Of a stretch of DNA of 44,298 nucleotides, positions 10,214-19,801 are shown one piece after another; position 1 is the stretch's first letter; each line of letters starts with the position of its first letter. The DNA comes from Gemmatimonadota bacterium (GTDB taxonomy: Bacteria; Gemmatimonadota; Gemmatimonadetes; Gemmatimonadales; GWC2-71-9). Where the stretch lies: NCBI GenBank assembly GCA_036679645.1, contig JAZDCY010000084.1, forward strand, positions 1-44,298, read 5' to 3'. A program made the position numbers and the translations under genes. The notes below the pieces were generated by a model. The model was given only the letters and a program-made list of their open reading frames with translations, did no database searches and had not been told where the DNA came from.

Positions 10214-10299
10214 GCGGCGGTTCGGTGGGCTGACGGGGTGGGGGAATACACACCACCCCGGCCGACCCACCGAGCCGCTGGCTCGCCAACCACCCCCTT

Positions 10300-10328
10300 T
10301 GAAACCATCTCCCCCCCTCGTGCGTCTA
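10300..10328 (+). promoter_or_regulatory. ECF sigma-type promoter
   Basis: TGAAAC-N17-CGTCTA, matching the SigM/SigW-like ECF consensus. Confidence 0.55.
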
Positions 10329-10333
10329 TAACG

Positions 10334-10458
10334 CAGGGGAAGGGATGGCCATCTACGGCCTGTCGCCACGGAGCATGGCAAACGGACACCCCCCATCGGG
10401 CCGGCTGTCCCCTCTCTCCACCCCTCTGCCCCATCTCATCGGGCAGAGGGGTTTCTCT
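10334..10458 (+). ncRNA. Candidate ~125-nt structured small RNA or leader ending in a terminator hairpin
   Basis: Helices 10342-10350/10403-10411, 10357-10362/10397-10402 and 10365-10368/10376-10379. Promoter upstream and a 12-bp hairpin downstream. Confidence 0.45.
10420..10458 (+). terminator. Intrinsic terminator-like hairpin
   Basis: ACCCCTCTGCCC-N9-GGGCAGAGGGGT followed by a short pyrimidine tail (TTCTCT). Confidence 0.55.
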
Positions 10459-10539
10459 GTGCTGGCTGATCTCCGGGGACTTGACTGAACTCCGCCGCGG
10501 GCCAACTCTACAACGTCCCATCGGAGGAGCCGGACGTTC

Positions 10540-11004
10540 ATGCCTGCCATCACGTTTACGCTGAACGGTCAAGCACAGACCGTCGATGCACCCGCCGATA
10601 TGCCGCTGTTGTGGGTAATCCGCGACCTCGTGGGTCTCACGGGCACCAAGTTCGGGTGCGGTATCGGTCAGTGTCGCGCGTGCACCGTGCACCTGAACGG
10701 CAACGCGACGTTCTCCTGCCAGCTACCGGTCTCGGCCGTCGAGGGCCAGACAGTGACGACCATCGAGGGACTGTCGGAAGACGGGCTCCATCCGGTACAG
10801 CGTGCGTGGATCGACGTGGACGTGCCCCAGTGTGGCTACTGCCAGCCCGGCCAGATCATGTCTGCCGTCGCCCTGCTCGCCCAGAACCCGCAACCGTCCG
10901 ATGACGACATCGACCGGGCCATGTCCGACAACATCTGCCGGTGCGGTACCTACAACCGGATTCGCCGGGCCATTCATGTGGCGGCTGAGGAGATGAACCG
11001 ATGA
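10540..11004 (+). CDS. iorA: Isoquinoline 1-oxidoreductase-type alpha subunit, (2Fe-2S)-binding
   Basis: [22 protein letters not shown] and NICRCGTY motifs. GGAGGAG RBS. Confidence 0.9.
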   Translation: MPAITFTLNGQAQTVDAPADMPLLWVIRDLVGLTGTKFGCGIGQCRACTVHLNGNATFSCQLPVSAVEGQTVTTIEGLSEDGLHPVQRAWIDVDVPQCGYCQPGQIMSAVALLAQNPQPSDDDIDRAMSDNICRCGTYNRIRRAIHVAAEEMNR

Positions 11005-13130
11005 CCGCCCTCACGATGAAACGCCGCGATTTTCTGCAAGTGTCTACGATTGGAGGGGCCTTCATCCTCGGGTTCCGGATCCCGACGAGCCGGCCCGCCA
11101 CACCTGCCGGCTCCTCGGTGGGCAGCGACATCAATGCCTGGATCCGCGTCGACCAGGATGACACGATCACGATGTTCGTGAGTGAATCGGAAATGGGACA
11201 GGGCATCATGACGGCGGTTTCCATGCTGCTCGCAGACGAGATGGAAGCGGATTGGTCGCACGTGCGGGCCGAACACGCGCTTGCCGACCGCGACAAATAT
11301 GGTAGTCAGTCGACGGGCGGCTCGACCTCGATCCGGGCAGGCTACGAGCGATTCCGCCAGGCCGGTGCCGCCGCCCGCGAGATGATGATCGCGGCCGCCG
11401 CCGACCGGTGGGGTGTACCCGCCGACGACTGCCGCGCCGAGCAGAGCGTTGTGATCCACACGCCGACGAATCGCGGATTGCGCTACGGCGAGCTGGCAAC
11501 CGCTGCGGCCGCCATGCCGATCCCCGAACACCCGCGGCTCAAGGAACCATCTGAGTTCCGTCTCATCGGCCACAGCACCAAGCGCCTCGACACCCCGCTC
11601 AAGGTGACGGGCCGCGCCACGTTCGGGATTGATGTCCGGATTCCCAACATGGTGGTCGCACAGGTAGTGCACTGCCCGGTGTTTGGGGGACAGGTGGCGA
11701 GGTTCGACGCCAGCCGCGCCAAGGATGTACCGGGCGTGCTCGACGTCGTCGAGATCCCCACAGGCGTCGCAGTAGTAGCCGAACATTTTTGGGCGGCCAA
11801 GAAGGGCCGTGACGTACTCGATGTGACATGGGACGAGGGCGCGAACGCCAACCTGTCATCAGACGGGATCACCGCCCGGTGCCGGGAGATCGTGGGTTCC
11901 GGAACCACGGCTCGTACCGACGGGAATGCGGAAACGGCCATCGCGAACGCCAGCCGCACTCTCAGTGCGACGTACCACGTGCCGTACCTGGCCCACGCGA
12001 CCATGGAACCGATGAACTGCACTGCCGATGTGCGCGTCGACCGGTGTGAGATCTGGGCCCCTACACAATCACCTTCGGGCGCGCAACGCACGGGGATGAG
12101 CATTACTGACCTGCCCGCCGACCGCGTCACGGTGCATACGACGTTCATGGGTGGGGGATTCGGCCGGCGCTCGGAATCCGACTTCGTTGCCGACGCCGTT
12201 CACGCCTCCAAAGCCGTCGGGCGGCCGGTGAAGATCATCTGGACGCGGGAAGACGACACGCGGGGCGGGTACTATCGGCCCACCGCGTACAACGAGTTCG
12301 TGGGCGCGGTTGACGCCAACGGTTGGCCCAGTGCGTGGGTGCACCGTATCGCGAGTCCGTCGATTCTCATGAGCAAGGGTTACGGGCTACGGGACGGACT
12401 CGATGCCCCGGCGATCGAGGGGGCCGCGAACATCCCCTACGGTTTCCCCGACCTGCACGTCACGTGGGCTGACCCCGAGATTCCGATCCCGCTACACTGG
12501 TGGCGATCGGTCGGGAGCTCCCAGAATGCGTACGTCACCGAGTGTTTCTTCGACGAACTCTGCGCTCTAGGAGGCGTCGATCCCCTCGAAGCCCGGCTGC
12601 GCATGCTCGACTCCCATGCGAGACACCGCGGGGTGCTCAACGTCGCCGCTGAGCACTCGGGATGGGGCACGCCACTCCCGACGGGGCGTGCGCGTGGGAT
12701 CGCGGTCCACGAGTCATTTGGTAGCATCGTGGCGCAGGTAGCAGAGGTATCGCTGCGCGATGACGGACTTCCGCGGGTACATCACGTCACCTGCGCGGTG
12801 GACTGCGGCATCGTGGTGAACCCCGACACCGTTCGTGCCCAGATGGAGAGCGGCATCATGTACGGGTTGTCGGCCGCGCTGTATGGCGAGCTGACCATCG
12901 AGCGCGGGCGCGTGGTGGAAAGCAACTTCCATGACTACCCCGTCGTCCGGATGCGCGAGGCGCCAACGGTCGATGTGCAGATCGCCGTGCATGGCGACGC
13001 GCCGGGCGGTATTGGGGAACCCGGCACACCTCCCATTGCACCCGCCGTAGTGAACGCCATGCGGGCGCTGACTGGTGAGCCCACTCGACAGTTGCCGATG
13101 CGACTGGGGATCGGGCGGGCGGATGGTTGA
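11001..13130 (+). CDS. iorB: Xanthine dehydrogenase-family molybdopterin-binding subunit (IorB type) with Tat signal
   Basis: KRRDFL Tat motif, SEMGQG, TGGSTS, HATMEP, GGGFGRR, WRSVG and GIGEP. ATGA overlap with iorA. Confidence 0.92.
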   Translation: MTALTMKRRDFLQVSTIGGAFILGFRIPTSRPATPAGSSVGSDINAWIRVDQDDTITMFVSESEMGQGIMTAVSMLLADEMEADWSHVRAEHALADRDKYGSQSTGGSTSIRAGYERFRQAGAAAREMMIAAAADRWGVPADDCRAEQSVVIHTPTNRGLRYGELATAAAAMPIPEHPRLKEPSEFRLIGHSTKRLDTPLKVTGRATFGIDVRIPNMVVAQVVHCPVFGGQVARFDASRAKDVPGVLDVVEIPTGVAVVAEHFWAAKKGRDVLDVTWDEGANANLSSDGITARCREIVGSGTTARTDGNAETAIANASRTLSATYHVPYLAHATMEPMNCTADVRVDRCEIWAPTQSPSGAQRTGMSITDLPADRVTVHTTFMGGGFGRRSESDFVADAVHASKAVGRPVKIIWTREDDTRGGYYRPTAYNEFVGAVDANGWPSAWVHRIASPSILMSKGYGLRDGLDAPAIEGAANIPYGFPDLHVTWADPEIPIPLHWWRSVGSSQNAYVTECFFDELCALGGVDPLEARLRMLDSHARHRGVLNVAAEHSGWGTPLPTGRARGIAVHESFGSIVAQVAEVSLRDDGLPRVHHVTCAVDCGIVVNPDTVRAQMESGIMYGLSAALYGELTIERGRVVESNFHDYPVVRMREAPTVDVQIAVHGDAPGGIGEPGTPPIAPAVVNAMRALTGEPTRQLPMRLGIGRADG

Positions 13131-13164
13131 TGGTTGACGGTTTCTAGTTAAACGTATCAGTGAG

Positions 13165-13197
13165 CGGGTGGGGCGTCGCGACCCCCACCCGTTTTTT
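13165..13197 (+). terminator. Rho-independent terminator of iorAB
   Basis: CGGGTGGGG...CCCCACCCG stem followed by T6. Confidence 0.85.
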
Positions 13198-13253
13198 GCA
13201 TCGACAAGAGTCCGCCTCTCTGTCCACCACCAATGACGAAGCTACGGTAGAAC

Positions 13254-13374
13254 GATTGCAGATTAGTGATTGCAGATTGCAGATGTCAGATTGGCGCATG
13301 GCAAGGCCCACTTCGCGATATCGAGCGTCTTTTAGATCTGCAATTTGCGATCTGCAATCAGTAATCTGCAATTC
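13254..13374. repeat. Inverted pair of GATTGCA heptamer arrays (~37-bp imperfect hairpin)
   Basis: Six GATTGCA-like units at 13254-13295, and the reverse-complement array at 13336-13374. Confidence 0.85.
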
Positions 13375-14779
13375 GCTGCCGTGGCACGTAGCACTCCTCG
13401 TGATGGCGATGTCCGGCACCGCGCCCGGCACGACGCACGGCCAACAACCCCCGCTTCTCATACGAGGCGGCCAACTCTTCGACGGCACGCGCGACACCCT
13501 AATCCCCAACACCGGTATCATTATTGTTGCGGGAAAGTTCTTCGAAGTTGGTGTAAGCCTCCCACCGTCCGCATTGTCCGGGGCGCGGGTCCTCGAGCTC
13601 GGGAATGACGACTACATCCTTCCCGGCTTGTTCGACCTGCACGCGCACTATGCCGTGGATCTGTTCGGTCGTGGGCGCGTCGACGACACGACCGCCTATC
13701 CGGTCATCTTCCTGGCAAACGGGGTTACGTCGACATTTCCGGCGGGCGAGGTGAGCCCGCAGCGCATGCGGCGGCTGCGATTGCGCATCGACCGTGGAGA
13801 TGCCACCGGCCCGCACATTTTCAGCTCCGGTCCCTACTTCGGCTCGTGGCGGCAGGGATGGGATCGGGACGCGACGGCGGAAGACATCTATCGTGAAGTG
13901 GACTCGCTCGCGACGGCCGGTGTCGCGGGGTTCAAGGCCAAGGGTATCACGCCGGGTCACCTACAAGCACTCATTGCGCGGGCCCATCTACACGGGCTCA
14001 CCGTCACCGGTCACTTGGGTTCGGGTTTCCGCAACAGCGTCAATCCGCGGGACGCCATCCTGATGGGGATCGACCGCGTCGAGCATTTCCTGGGCGGGGA
14101 CGCGATGCCGGCCACACAATCGGCATACGCGTCGCTCGAGGCGCTCGAGCCGAACACGGCCGAGTTCGATTCCATTGTAGCACTCTATCTGCGCCATCAC
14201 GTTTTCTTCGACGCGACCCTCACCGCCTACGGGTATTTCGGCGAACGCGACCCCGAGGTGTACACCTATTTCGCTGACGAACCAGGGTTCTTCACCCCAT
14301 ATGCGCGCGAGCGTATTGCCGAACGATTACCCCGCGATGTGCTCGACCAGTTCGAGCGGATCTATTGGGTGAAGCGACGCACGATCAAGGCGTTCTACGA
14401 CGCCGGCGGAGGCCATCTCATCACACTCGGGACCGACCATCCGAGTTGGGGTGAATACGTCTCGGGCTTCAGCGTGCACCGCGAGATGCACGCTATGGTC
14501 CTTGCAGGTATTCCCCCCGCCGCCGTGCTCCGCATTGCAACCATCAACGGCGCACGCGCACTGGGTGTGGGCGACCGGCTCGGTACGATCGAGCCCGGGA
14601 AGCTCGCCGACCTCGTCGTCGTACGGGGGAATCCGCTCGCCGACATCCGGAACACGAGGAACGTTCGCCTGGTCGTGAAGGCGGGAGTGGTCTACGATGC
14701 GCAGGAGCTACTACAATCCGTCATTGGTACGATCGGCCCCCACAGCCCGGATGAAGTCTCGGCGTGGATCGGCCGCTAG
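13298..14779 (+). CDS. Amidohydrolase-family protein, probably exported; start uncertain (13298 or 13403)
   Basis: ILPGLFDLHAH, ANGVT, VTGH, VEH, LGTDHP, ATINGARALG and GTIEPGKLADLVV motifs. Confidence 0.88.
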   Translation: MARPTSRYRASFRSAICDLQSVICNSLPWHVALLVMAMSGTAPGTTHGQQPPLLIRGGQLFDGTRDTLIPNTGIIIVAGKFFEVGVSLPPSALSGARVLELGNDDYILPGLFDLHAHYAVDLFGRGRVDDTTAYPVIFLANGVTSTFPAGEVSPQRMRRLRLRIDRGDATGPHIFSSGPYFGSWRQGWDRDATAEDIYREVDSLATAGVAGFKAKGITPGHLQALIARAHLHGLTVTGHLGSGFRNSVNPRDAILMGIDRVEHFLGGDAMPATQSAYASLEALEPNTAEFDSIVALYLRHHVFFDATLTAYGYFGERDPEVYTYFADEPGFFTPYARERIAERLPRDVLDQFERIYWVKRRTIKAFYDAGGGHLITLGTDHPSWGEYVSGFSVHREMHAMVLAGIPPAAVLRIATINGARALGVGDRLGTIEPGKLADLVVVRGNPLADIRNTRNVRLVVKAGVVYDAQELLQSVIGTIGPHSPDEVSAWIGR

Positions 14780-15212
14780 GCAGCACCATTCGCCTTGATG
14801 TGCGATGCCACCACCACCGCGCCGGTCCGCTCGCCGATCGCGATCGTCTCACTCACGGCATCGAGCAGCGACGGGGGGCGCGCCTCGGATTGGCTGGGCT
14901 GGTACCAGAGTGGGTCAGCGCCTTCGCTCCGTTGGTGCGCGATATACACGCCACGGAACGGGACAATTTCTTCCGCCAGCGCGACCAATTCTTCGGTACG
15001 CGCGCATCGATGGTGCGCCGCGCCGTCAGATCAGACAACCGGCCCACCGCGACGATGCGTCCGTCCCCCACGGCAACATCCGCCAGAAACCAGGGATTCC
15101 CAGTCCCGTCGATCACTCGTCCGCCGAGGATCAACACATCGACCGATTGCGCGTTCCCCAGTACCGTGGTGGAGAGCAAGGCACCCAGCACCAGGAGTGT
15201 GCGTGTGAGCAT
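14776..15212 (-). pseudogene. N-acyl-D-amino acid deacylase (D-aminoacylase) remnant with an internal frameshifting deletion and 3' truncation
   Basis: Signal peptide plus DVLILGGRVIDGTGNP...ADVAV.DGRI...IDAR jumps at about 15000 into another frame: TEELVALA...GVYIAHQRSEG...DAVSETIAIGERTG...SHIKA, then a stop. Confidence 0.8.
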
Positions 15213-15332
15213 GCAGCAAATGTAGGGTGCGAGTTGATTGTGCGTCAGAGAGCGAACGATCGATCCCGTGAGTGCGGCGGGCGTGCTACCTTATGCCAGG
15301 TCCGTTAGACCTCTCGACTCCCGGAGTAGTGG

Positions 15333-16421
15333 ATGATCCGCGCGACCGTCATGACCGAACCGATGAAACCGCTCGAGGTACGGGAACTCCCAGACCCAAC
15401 GGTCGAGCCCGGCGGCATCCTGTTGGAAACGCTGGCGAGCGAGGTGTGTGGAACGGACGTGCACTTGCACCACGGGCGGCTGGCCGGCGTGCCGTACCCG
15501 ATCATTCCGGGACACATTAGCGTGGGACGCATCGTCGAGCTGCGCGACGTCACGACCGACGCGTTGGAACGCCCTATAGCTCTCGGCGATATCGTCACGT
15601 TTTATGACGTGCACGAGATCTGCAACGCGTGCTACCACTGTCTCGTGGCGAAGCAGCCCAACCGGTGTCCGTCCCGCAAGGTGTACGGCATCACGTACTC
15701 CGCCGATGACGGTCCCCTGGGCGGTTGGGCCGAGCGCATCTACCTGAAACCGGGCGTGCGAGTCCTCAGACTTCCAGACGGGCTCACGGTCGATGACGTC
15801 ATCGGCGGCGGCTGCGGATTGTTCACGGGATTCGGCGCCGTGCGACGCGCCGATATCGAGTTGGGAGATACGGTCCTCGTGCAGGGAGCCGGACCGGTTG
15901 GCCTCTCGGCAGCGGCGTTCGCCGCCCTGCGCGGCGCGGCCCAGGTAATCGTCATCGGCGCGCCACAGACACGACTCGATCTCGCTCGACGTCTTGGTGC
16001 CGACGTGACGCTCTCGCTCGACGAGGGTCCGCCGCACGAGCGCGAGGAGCGGATCCGCGCACTGACCGGCGGACGGGGGGTCGATGTCGCCATCGAAGCC
16101 GCAGGTAACCCAGCCGCCATCACGGAGGGGTTCCGCCTGCTCCGAGACGGCGGCACGTACGTCATCGCCGGCCACTATACCGACGTCGGCACTGTGAACG
16201 TGAACTTCCACACCGAGGTCAACCGCAAACACGCCGACGTACGCGGGCAGTGGGGTACCGACTTCGCCGACATGGTCCGCGCCCTGACGCTGTACGCCAA
16301 GTGCCGCGAGCGCCTCCCGTTTGCGGATGTTATTGGCGGGCGGTACGGCCTCGAGGACGCCGGCCGTGCCCTCGCGGACGTGGAGGCGCTGCGGGTGACG
16401 AAGGCGATCATCGTTCCCTAA
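15333..16421 (+). CDS. Zinc-dependent alcohol dehydrogenase (MDR superfamily)
   Basis: CGTDVH, PGH, CNACYHC...C structural Zn site and GAGPVG. Confidence 0.92.
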   Translation: MIRATVMTEPMKPLEVRELPDPTVEPGGILLETLASEVCGTDVHLHHGRLAGVPYPIIPGHISVGRIVELRDVTTDALERPIALGDIVTFYDVHEICNACYHCLVAKQPNRCPSRKVYGITYSADDGPLGGWAERIYLKPGVRVLRLPDGLTVDDVIGGGCGLFTGFGAVRRADIELGDTVLVQGAGPVGLSAAAFAALRGAAQVIVIGAPQTRLDLARRLGADVTLSLDEGPPHEREERIRALTGGRGVDVAIEAAGNPAAITEGFRLLRDGGTYVIAGHYTDVGTVNVNFHTEVNRKHADVRGQWGTDFADMVRALTLYAKCRERLPFADVIGGRYGLEDAGRALADVEALRVTKAIIVP

Positions 16422-17071
16422 TGGCCGTTCCTTTCGAGACGTATCTCTTCGATCTCGACGGGACACTCATCGACTCGATCGAGCTGATTCTCACATCGTA
16501 CCGCCACACAATGCGCGTGCACCGCGGCACCGAGCCCTCGGACGACCTCTGGCTCGCCGGCTTGGGGACCCCGCTCACTGCGCAGTTCCGTGACTTCACG
16601 GATGACCCAGCCGAAGTCGAGGCGATGATCGCTACATATCGAGCCTACAACCGCGAGCATCACGACCGCATGGTCCGACCCTACGACGGCATAGTCGACG
16701 CAGTAGAGAAGGTGGCACAGCACGCTCAGCTCGGTGTCGTCACGAGCAAGACGCACGAGGGCGCGGAGCGGGGCCTACGGTCCTGTGGTCTTGACGGCAT
16801 CTTTCACGCAATCGTCGGCTCGGACGATGTGACGCGCCACAAGCCTGACCCTGCGCCGGTCCAGCACGCGCTACGCCTGCTCGACGGCACGCCGGAGACA
16901 ACGGTCTTCGTGGGAGATTCGCCGCACGACATGGCGGCGGGGCGGGCGGCCGGCGTGCGGACAGCCGCCGCGCTCTGGGGCCCTTTCGGGCGACCGCAGC
17001 TCACGCCACAAGCACCCGACTATTGGCTGGATGCGCCGGCGGCGCTCACCCAGCTTGCACATACGTCTTAA
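16421..17071 (+). CDS. HAD-family hydrolase (PpaX/phosphoglycolate phosphatase-like)
   Basis: FDLDGTL, VVTSK, KPDP and VGDSPHD motifs. TAATG coupling to the upstream gene. Confidence 0.9.
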   Translation: MAVPFETYLFDLDGTLIDSIELILTSYRHTMRVHRGTEPSDDLWLAGLGTPLTAQFRDFTDDPAEVEAMIATYRAYNREHHDRMVRPYDGIVDAVEKVAQHAQLGVVTSKTHEGAERGLRSCGLDGIFHAIVGSDDVTRHKPDPAPVQHALRLLDGTPETTVFVGDSPHDMAAGRAAGVRTAAALWGPFGRPQLTPQAPDYWLDAPAALTQLAHTS

Positions 17072-17178
17072 GTGTTGTATTTAAAGCGGTTACAGAATCC
17101 AATTCCGTGGTCCTCACGGTACAGTTCGCAGCGAGCCTTCGGATGTGACTCGGCCGGATTCAGCGGAGGGAACTCACG

Positions 17179-17553
17179 GTGAACTCGGAGCGCGAGACGA
17201 TCTCCATCCTCGTCGTCGATGACGAAGAGGGCATTCGTAGGAATCTGCGGCGTTACCTGGAGCGGCTCGGATACGAAGTGACGGTGGCCGCTGACGGCCA
17301 TCAGGGGCTTGCCGAGCTACGTAGGCGCGCGTTCGATCTTGCGTTCATCGATTTCGCGATGCCCAAAATGACCGGCATCGAGTTGATCCAACGAATGCGC
17401 ACCCACTACCCCAACGTCATTCCGATCGGGATGAGTGGTTACTGGAAGTCGTTCGATCTCGAGGCCTGTTCGCTCGACGATCGATCGTTCTTGCGGAAGC
17501 CGTTCACGCTCGCCCAAATCTCCGAGATCTTGGAGTCTTACCTCACTGCGTGA
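17179..17553 (+). CDS. Single-domain response regulator (REC)
   Basis: ILVVDDE, DFAMPKMTG, MSG and LRKPF motifs. GGAGGG RBS. Confidence 0.9.
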   Translation: MNSERETISILVVDDEEGIRRNLRRYLERLGYEVTVAADGHQGLAELRRRAFDLAFIDFAMPKMTGIELIQRMRTHYPNVIPIGMSGYWKSFDLEACSLDDRSFLRKPFTLAQISEILESYLTA

Positions 17554-17682
17554 TCGCCGCCGCCGGCCCCGCCGCCCATCTCCCCATGCGGCGTCATCGT
17601 CCGCCAGAGAGGTGGGTTGCGATTTTCCCTCTGACACACGCATCTTCGAAGACACAACATCACGCCAGACGACCCCGGAGCC

Positions 17683-18417
17683 ATGACGGAACTGCTCACC
17701 GAAGCCGAGCAGCAGGAATTGTTCGTGCGGGTGGACCGGGCGGCCGCAACGGGATCGCTCCTGCGCGGTCTGATCCATGCCGTACGGAACCCGCTCCAGA
17801 GCATCGTGATTGCCGCGACCTCGATTGCCGAGGACGCGGGCGAGCGCGCCGATGCCGTAATGACCGACCTGGTTGAGGAGCAGACCGCCGAGCTTACCGC
17901 GGTCCTTCACAAGCTCGCTGGTCTCACGCCGCCCACCCCCACCGCGACCGCACCAGAGCCCACGAGCGTGCACGATGTTGTGGCGTACGTGCTCGACATC
18001 CAGCAGTACCAGCACCTCGGCATGATCATCACCGTGCACGATGATCTTCCGGAGGACCTCCCGCTCGTCCAGGCACGCGAGCCACAACTGCAACACGCAT
18101 TGCTGAACGTGATCACGAACGCCAAGGACGCGTTGCAGCATCAGACGGACGGCGCTGTGTGGCTCTCGGCGGCGCGCCGCAGCGCGTACGTCGAAGTCGC
18201 CATAGAAGACAACGGGCCCGGCGTGGCAGGGGAGGTGCGCGAGCGGCTCTTCACACCGCACGGTTCTACCAAGGACGATCCACACGCCGGCCTCGGACTG
18301 ACCGTGGCGCGGTACCTCGTGGAGCGTGACGGCGGATCGCTGGCGTTTGCGGGCGAGAGCGCGCGCGGCGGGGCCCGGTTTGTGTTCCAGATCCCCGTGT
18401 GGCAGGAGACCGCCTAG
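17683..18417 (+). CDS. Cytoplasmic histidine kinase (HisKA + HATPase, no sensor domain)
   Basis: H box LIHAVRNPL, N box LLNVITNAKDA, G1 DNGPG and G2 AGLGL. Confidence 0.85.
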   Translation: MTELLTEAEQQELFVRVDRAAATGSLLRGLIHAVRNPLQSIVIAATSIAEDAGERADAVMTDLVEEQTAELTAVLHKLAGLTPPTPTATAPEPTSVHDVVAYVLDIQQYQHLGMIITVHDDLPEDLPLVQAREPQLQHALLNVITNAKDALQHQTDGAVWLSAARRSAYVEVAIEDNGPGVAGEVRERLFTPHGSTKDDPHAGLGLTVARYLVERDGGSLAFAGESARGGARFVFQIPVWQETA

Positions 18418-18614
18418 GAAACAGGCGGTTCAGATGGCGTCGCCTCGGGCTGTGCGGCAGTCTCGTCCTCCACCAACTCCGCTCTCCGTATAATCAACTC
18501 CCGCGGGGCATCGATGCCGAGGCGGACGCCCCGACGTGACGAGTCCAGCACGACAATCCGTATACCGCCACCGAGCAACACCGCTTCACCCGGCCGCCGG
18601 CTCAGTACGAGCAT
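18414..18614 (-). CDS. csrA: Carbon storage regulator CsrA
   Basis: MLVLSRRPGE...VRLGIDAP...I.R.EL signature. Confidence 0.9.
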   Translation of the reverse strand: MLVLSRRPGEAVLLGGGIRIVVLDSSRRGVRLGIDAPRELIIRRAELVEDETAAQPEATPSEPPVS

Positions 18615-18625
18615 CGAGACGCGCC

Positions 18626-18700
18626 TCAGACCATCCGCAAGAGTTCTTGCATCAGATCACGCAACAACCGATCGGGTTTCATGATGCTTCGTAAAGACAT
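18626..18700 (-). pseudogene. 24-aa chimeric ORF, a putative deletion scar of flagellar rod/hook genes
   Basis: AAGGAGG RBS, then MSLRSIMKPDRLLRDLMQELLRMV*. The C-terminal DLMQELLRMV resembles the axial flagellar (FlgK/FlgE-type) C-terminal motif. Lies between fliA and csrA. Confidence 0.45.
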
Positions 18701-18751
18701 GCATCCTCCTTGGAACCATGCGGCTGGTATCGCCGCCTCAAGACCTTCCGC

Positions 18752-19513
18752 TCAGACTTCGAGCACTGGCGAGAGCACCCGCCGCAGTCTACGGAGCGCC
18801 TGGCTGCGGATCTGCGAGATCCGTGACTCGGTGAGATGCAGGAGCCCCGCGATCTGGCGCAGTTTCAGATGCTCGAAGTAATAGAGCGCCAACACCGTGC
18901 GTTCGCGCTCGGGCAGATCGCGCAGCGCGTTCTGCAGCGCGGCGACCTCCCCTTCGTGTTGCAGCGAGTCGTGCGCTTCGAGCCCGGATGAGCCCGCCAG
19001 CGTTTCGCCCAGCGCCAGCGCATTCTCGTTGTCGCCCGTGCCTGGGACATCGAGAGGAATGAGAGTTCCGCCTTCCGTCTCTTCCCGCCACCGCCAGTAT
19101 GTCTCCAGCTCGAGATTGAGCTCAAAGGCGGTCTCCTCATCGGTTGGCGCGCGGCCGAGCACGCCCCGCAACCGTTCCTGGGCGTTCCGAGTGTCGCGGG
19201 CTTTCGATCGAACCGACCGAGGTATCCAGTCGGTTGCTCGGAGGTCGTCGAGGATCCCGCCGCGGATCCGCGGCGTTGCATAGGTACTGAACGCGAGACC
19301 ACGTGACCGATCGAACGACTCGAGCGCGCGCACCAGCCCGAGCGTGCCCGAACTGACGAGGTCGTCGAGTTCGACTTCGTCCGGAAGGTTCACGTGGATC
19401 GCGCGCGCGACGTGGTGCACCAGACCGAGGTGGCGCTCGAGTAGCTGCGCCCGAGCGGTCGCATCGCCCTGATCTCGATAACGCTGCCAGAGCCGTTCGT
19501 CGACTTCGTTCAT
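18752..19513 (-). CDS. fliA: RNA polymerase sigma factor FliA/WhiG (sigma28)
   Basis: DDLVSSGTLGL, FSTYATPRIRGGILDDLR..DWIPRSVR, LYYFE and TESRISQI motifs. Confidence 0.93.
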   Translation of the reverse strand: MNEVDERLWQRYRDQGDATARAQLLERHLGLVHHVARAIHVNLPDEVELDDLVSSGTLGLVRALESFDRSRGLAFSTYATPRIRGGILDDLRATDWIPRSVRSKARDTRNAQERLRGVLGRAPTDEETAFELNLELETYWRWREETEGGTLIPLDVPGTGDNENALALGETLAGSSGLEAHDSLQHEGEVAALQNALRDLPERERTVLALYYFEHLKLRQIAGLLHLTESRISQIRSQALRRLRRVLSPVLEV

Positions 19514-19770
19514 AGTTCCCCTCCTGCGTGAGCCGCGGCGTACACGGGGGTGTCGTCGAGGCCAAGCGCGTCGGTCATGACGCTCGCGAGCGACTGGGAG
19601 GCAGGCATCGTCTCAGCGATGCCGAGCGGGAATGCGAAATCGGATGCGTCGGCAGGAGCCAGCGCGTTGGCGACACGCGACGCGATGCCGCAGTGCGTCG
19701 CGCTGACCTCATCGAGACCATCGCGCACCTTGGCGGGCATCGTACCTGCACCAAAGAGTCCCCGAATCAT
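19510..19770 (-). pseudogene. FlgB-like N-terminus fused to an unrelated C-terminal remnant
   Basis: GGGAGG RBS and sigma54 promoter. GLDEVSATHCGIASRVANA resembles FlgB LD....R...IA.N.AN, but no FlgB C-terminal helix follows. ATGA-coupled to fliA. Confidence 0.5.
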
Positions 19771-19801
19771 CCGCACCTCCCTGAGTTGGGGCTCTCGAAA
19801 A

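Noticed and set aside
10345..10488. 47-aa ORF (MAIYGLSPRS...) inside the candidate sRNA
   Set aside because: No recognisable protein features, the start is buried in a helix, and the ORF runs through the terminator hairpin. Not fully excluded.
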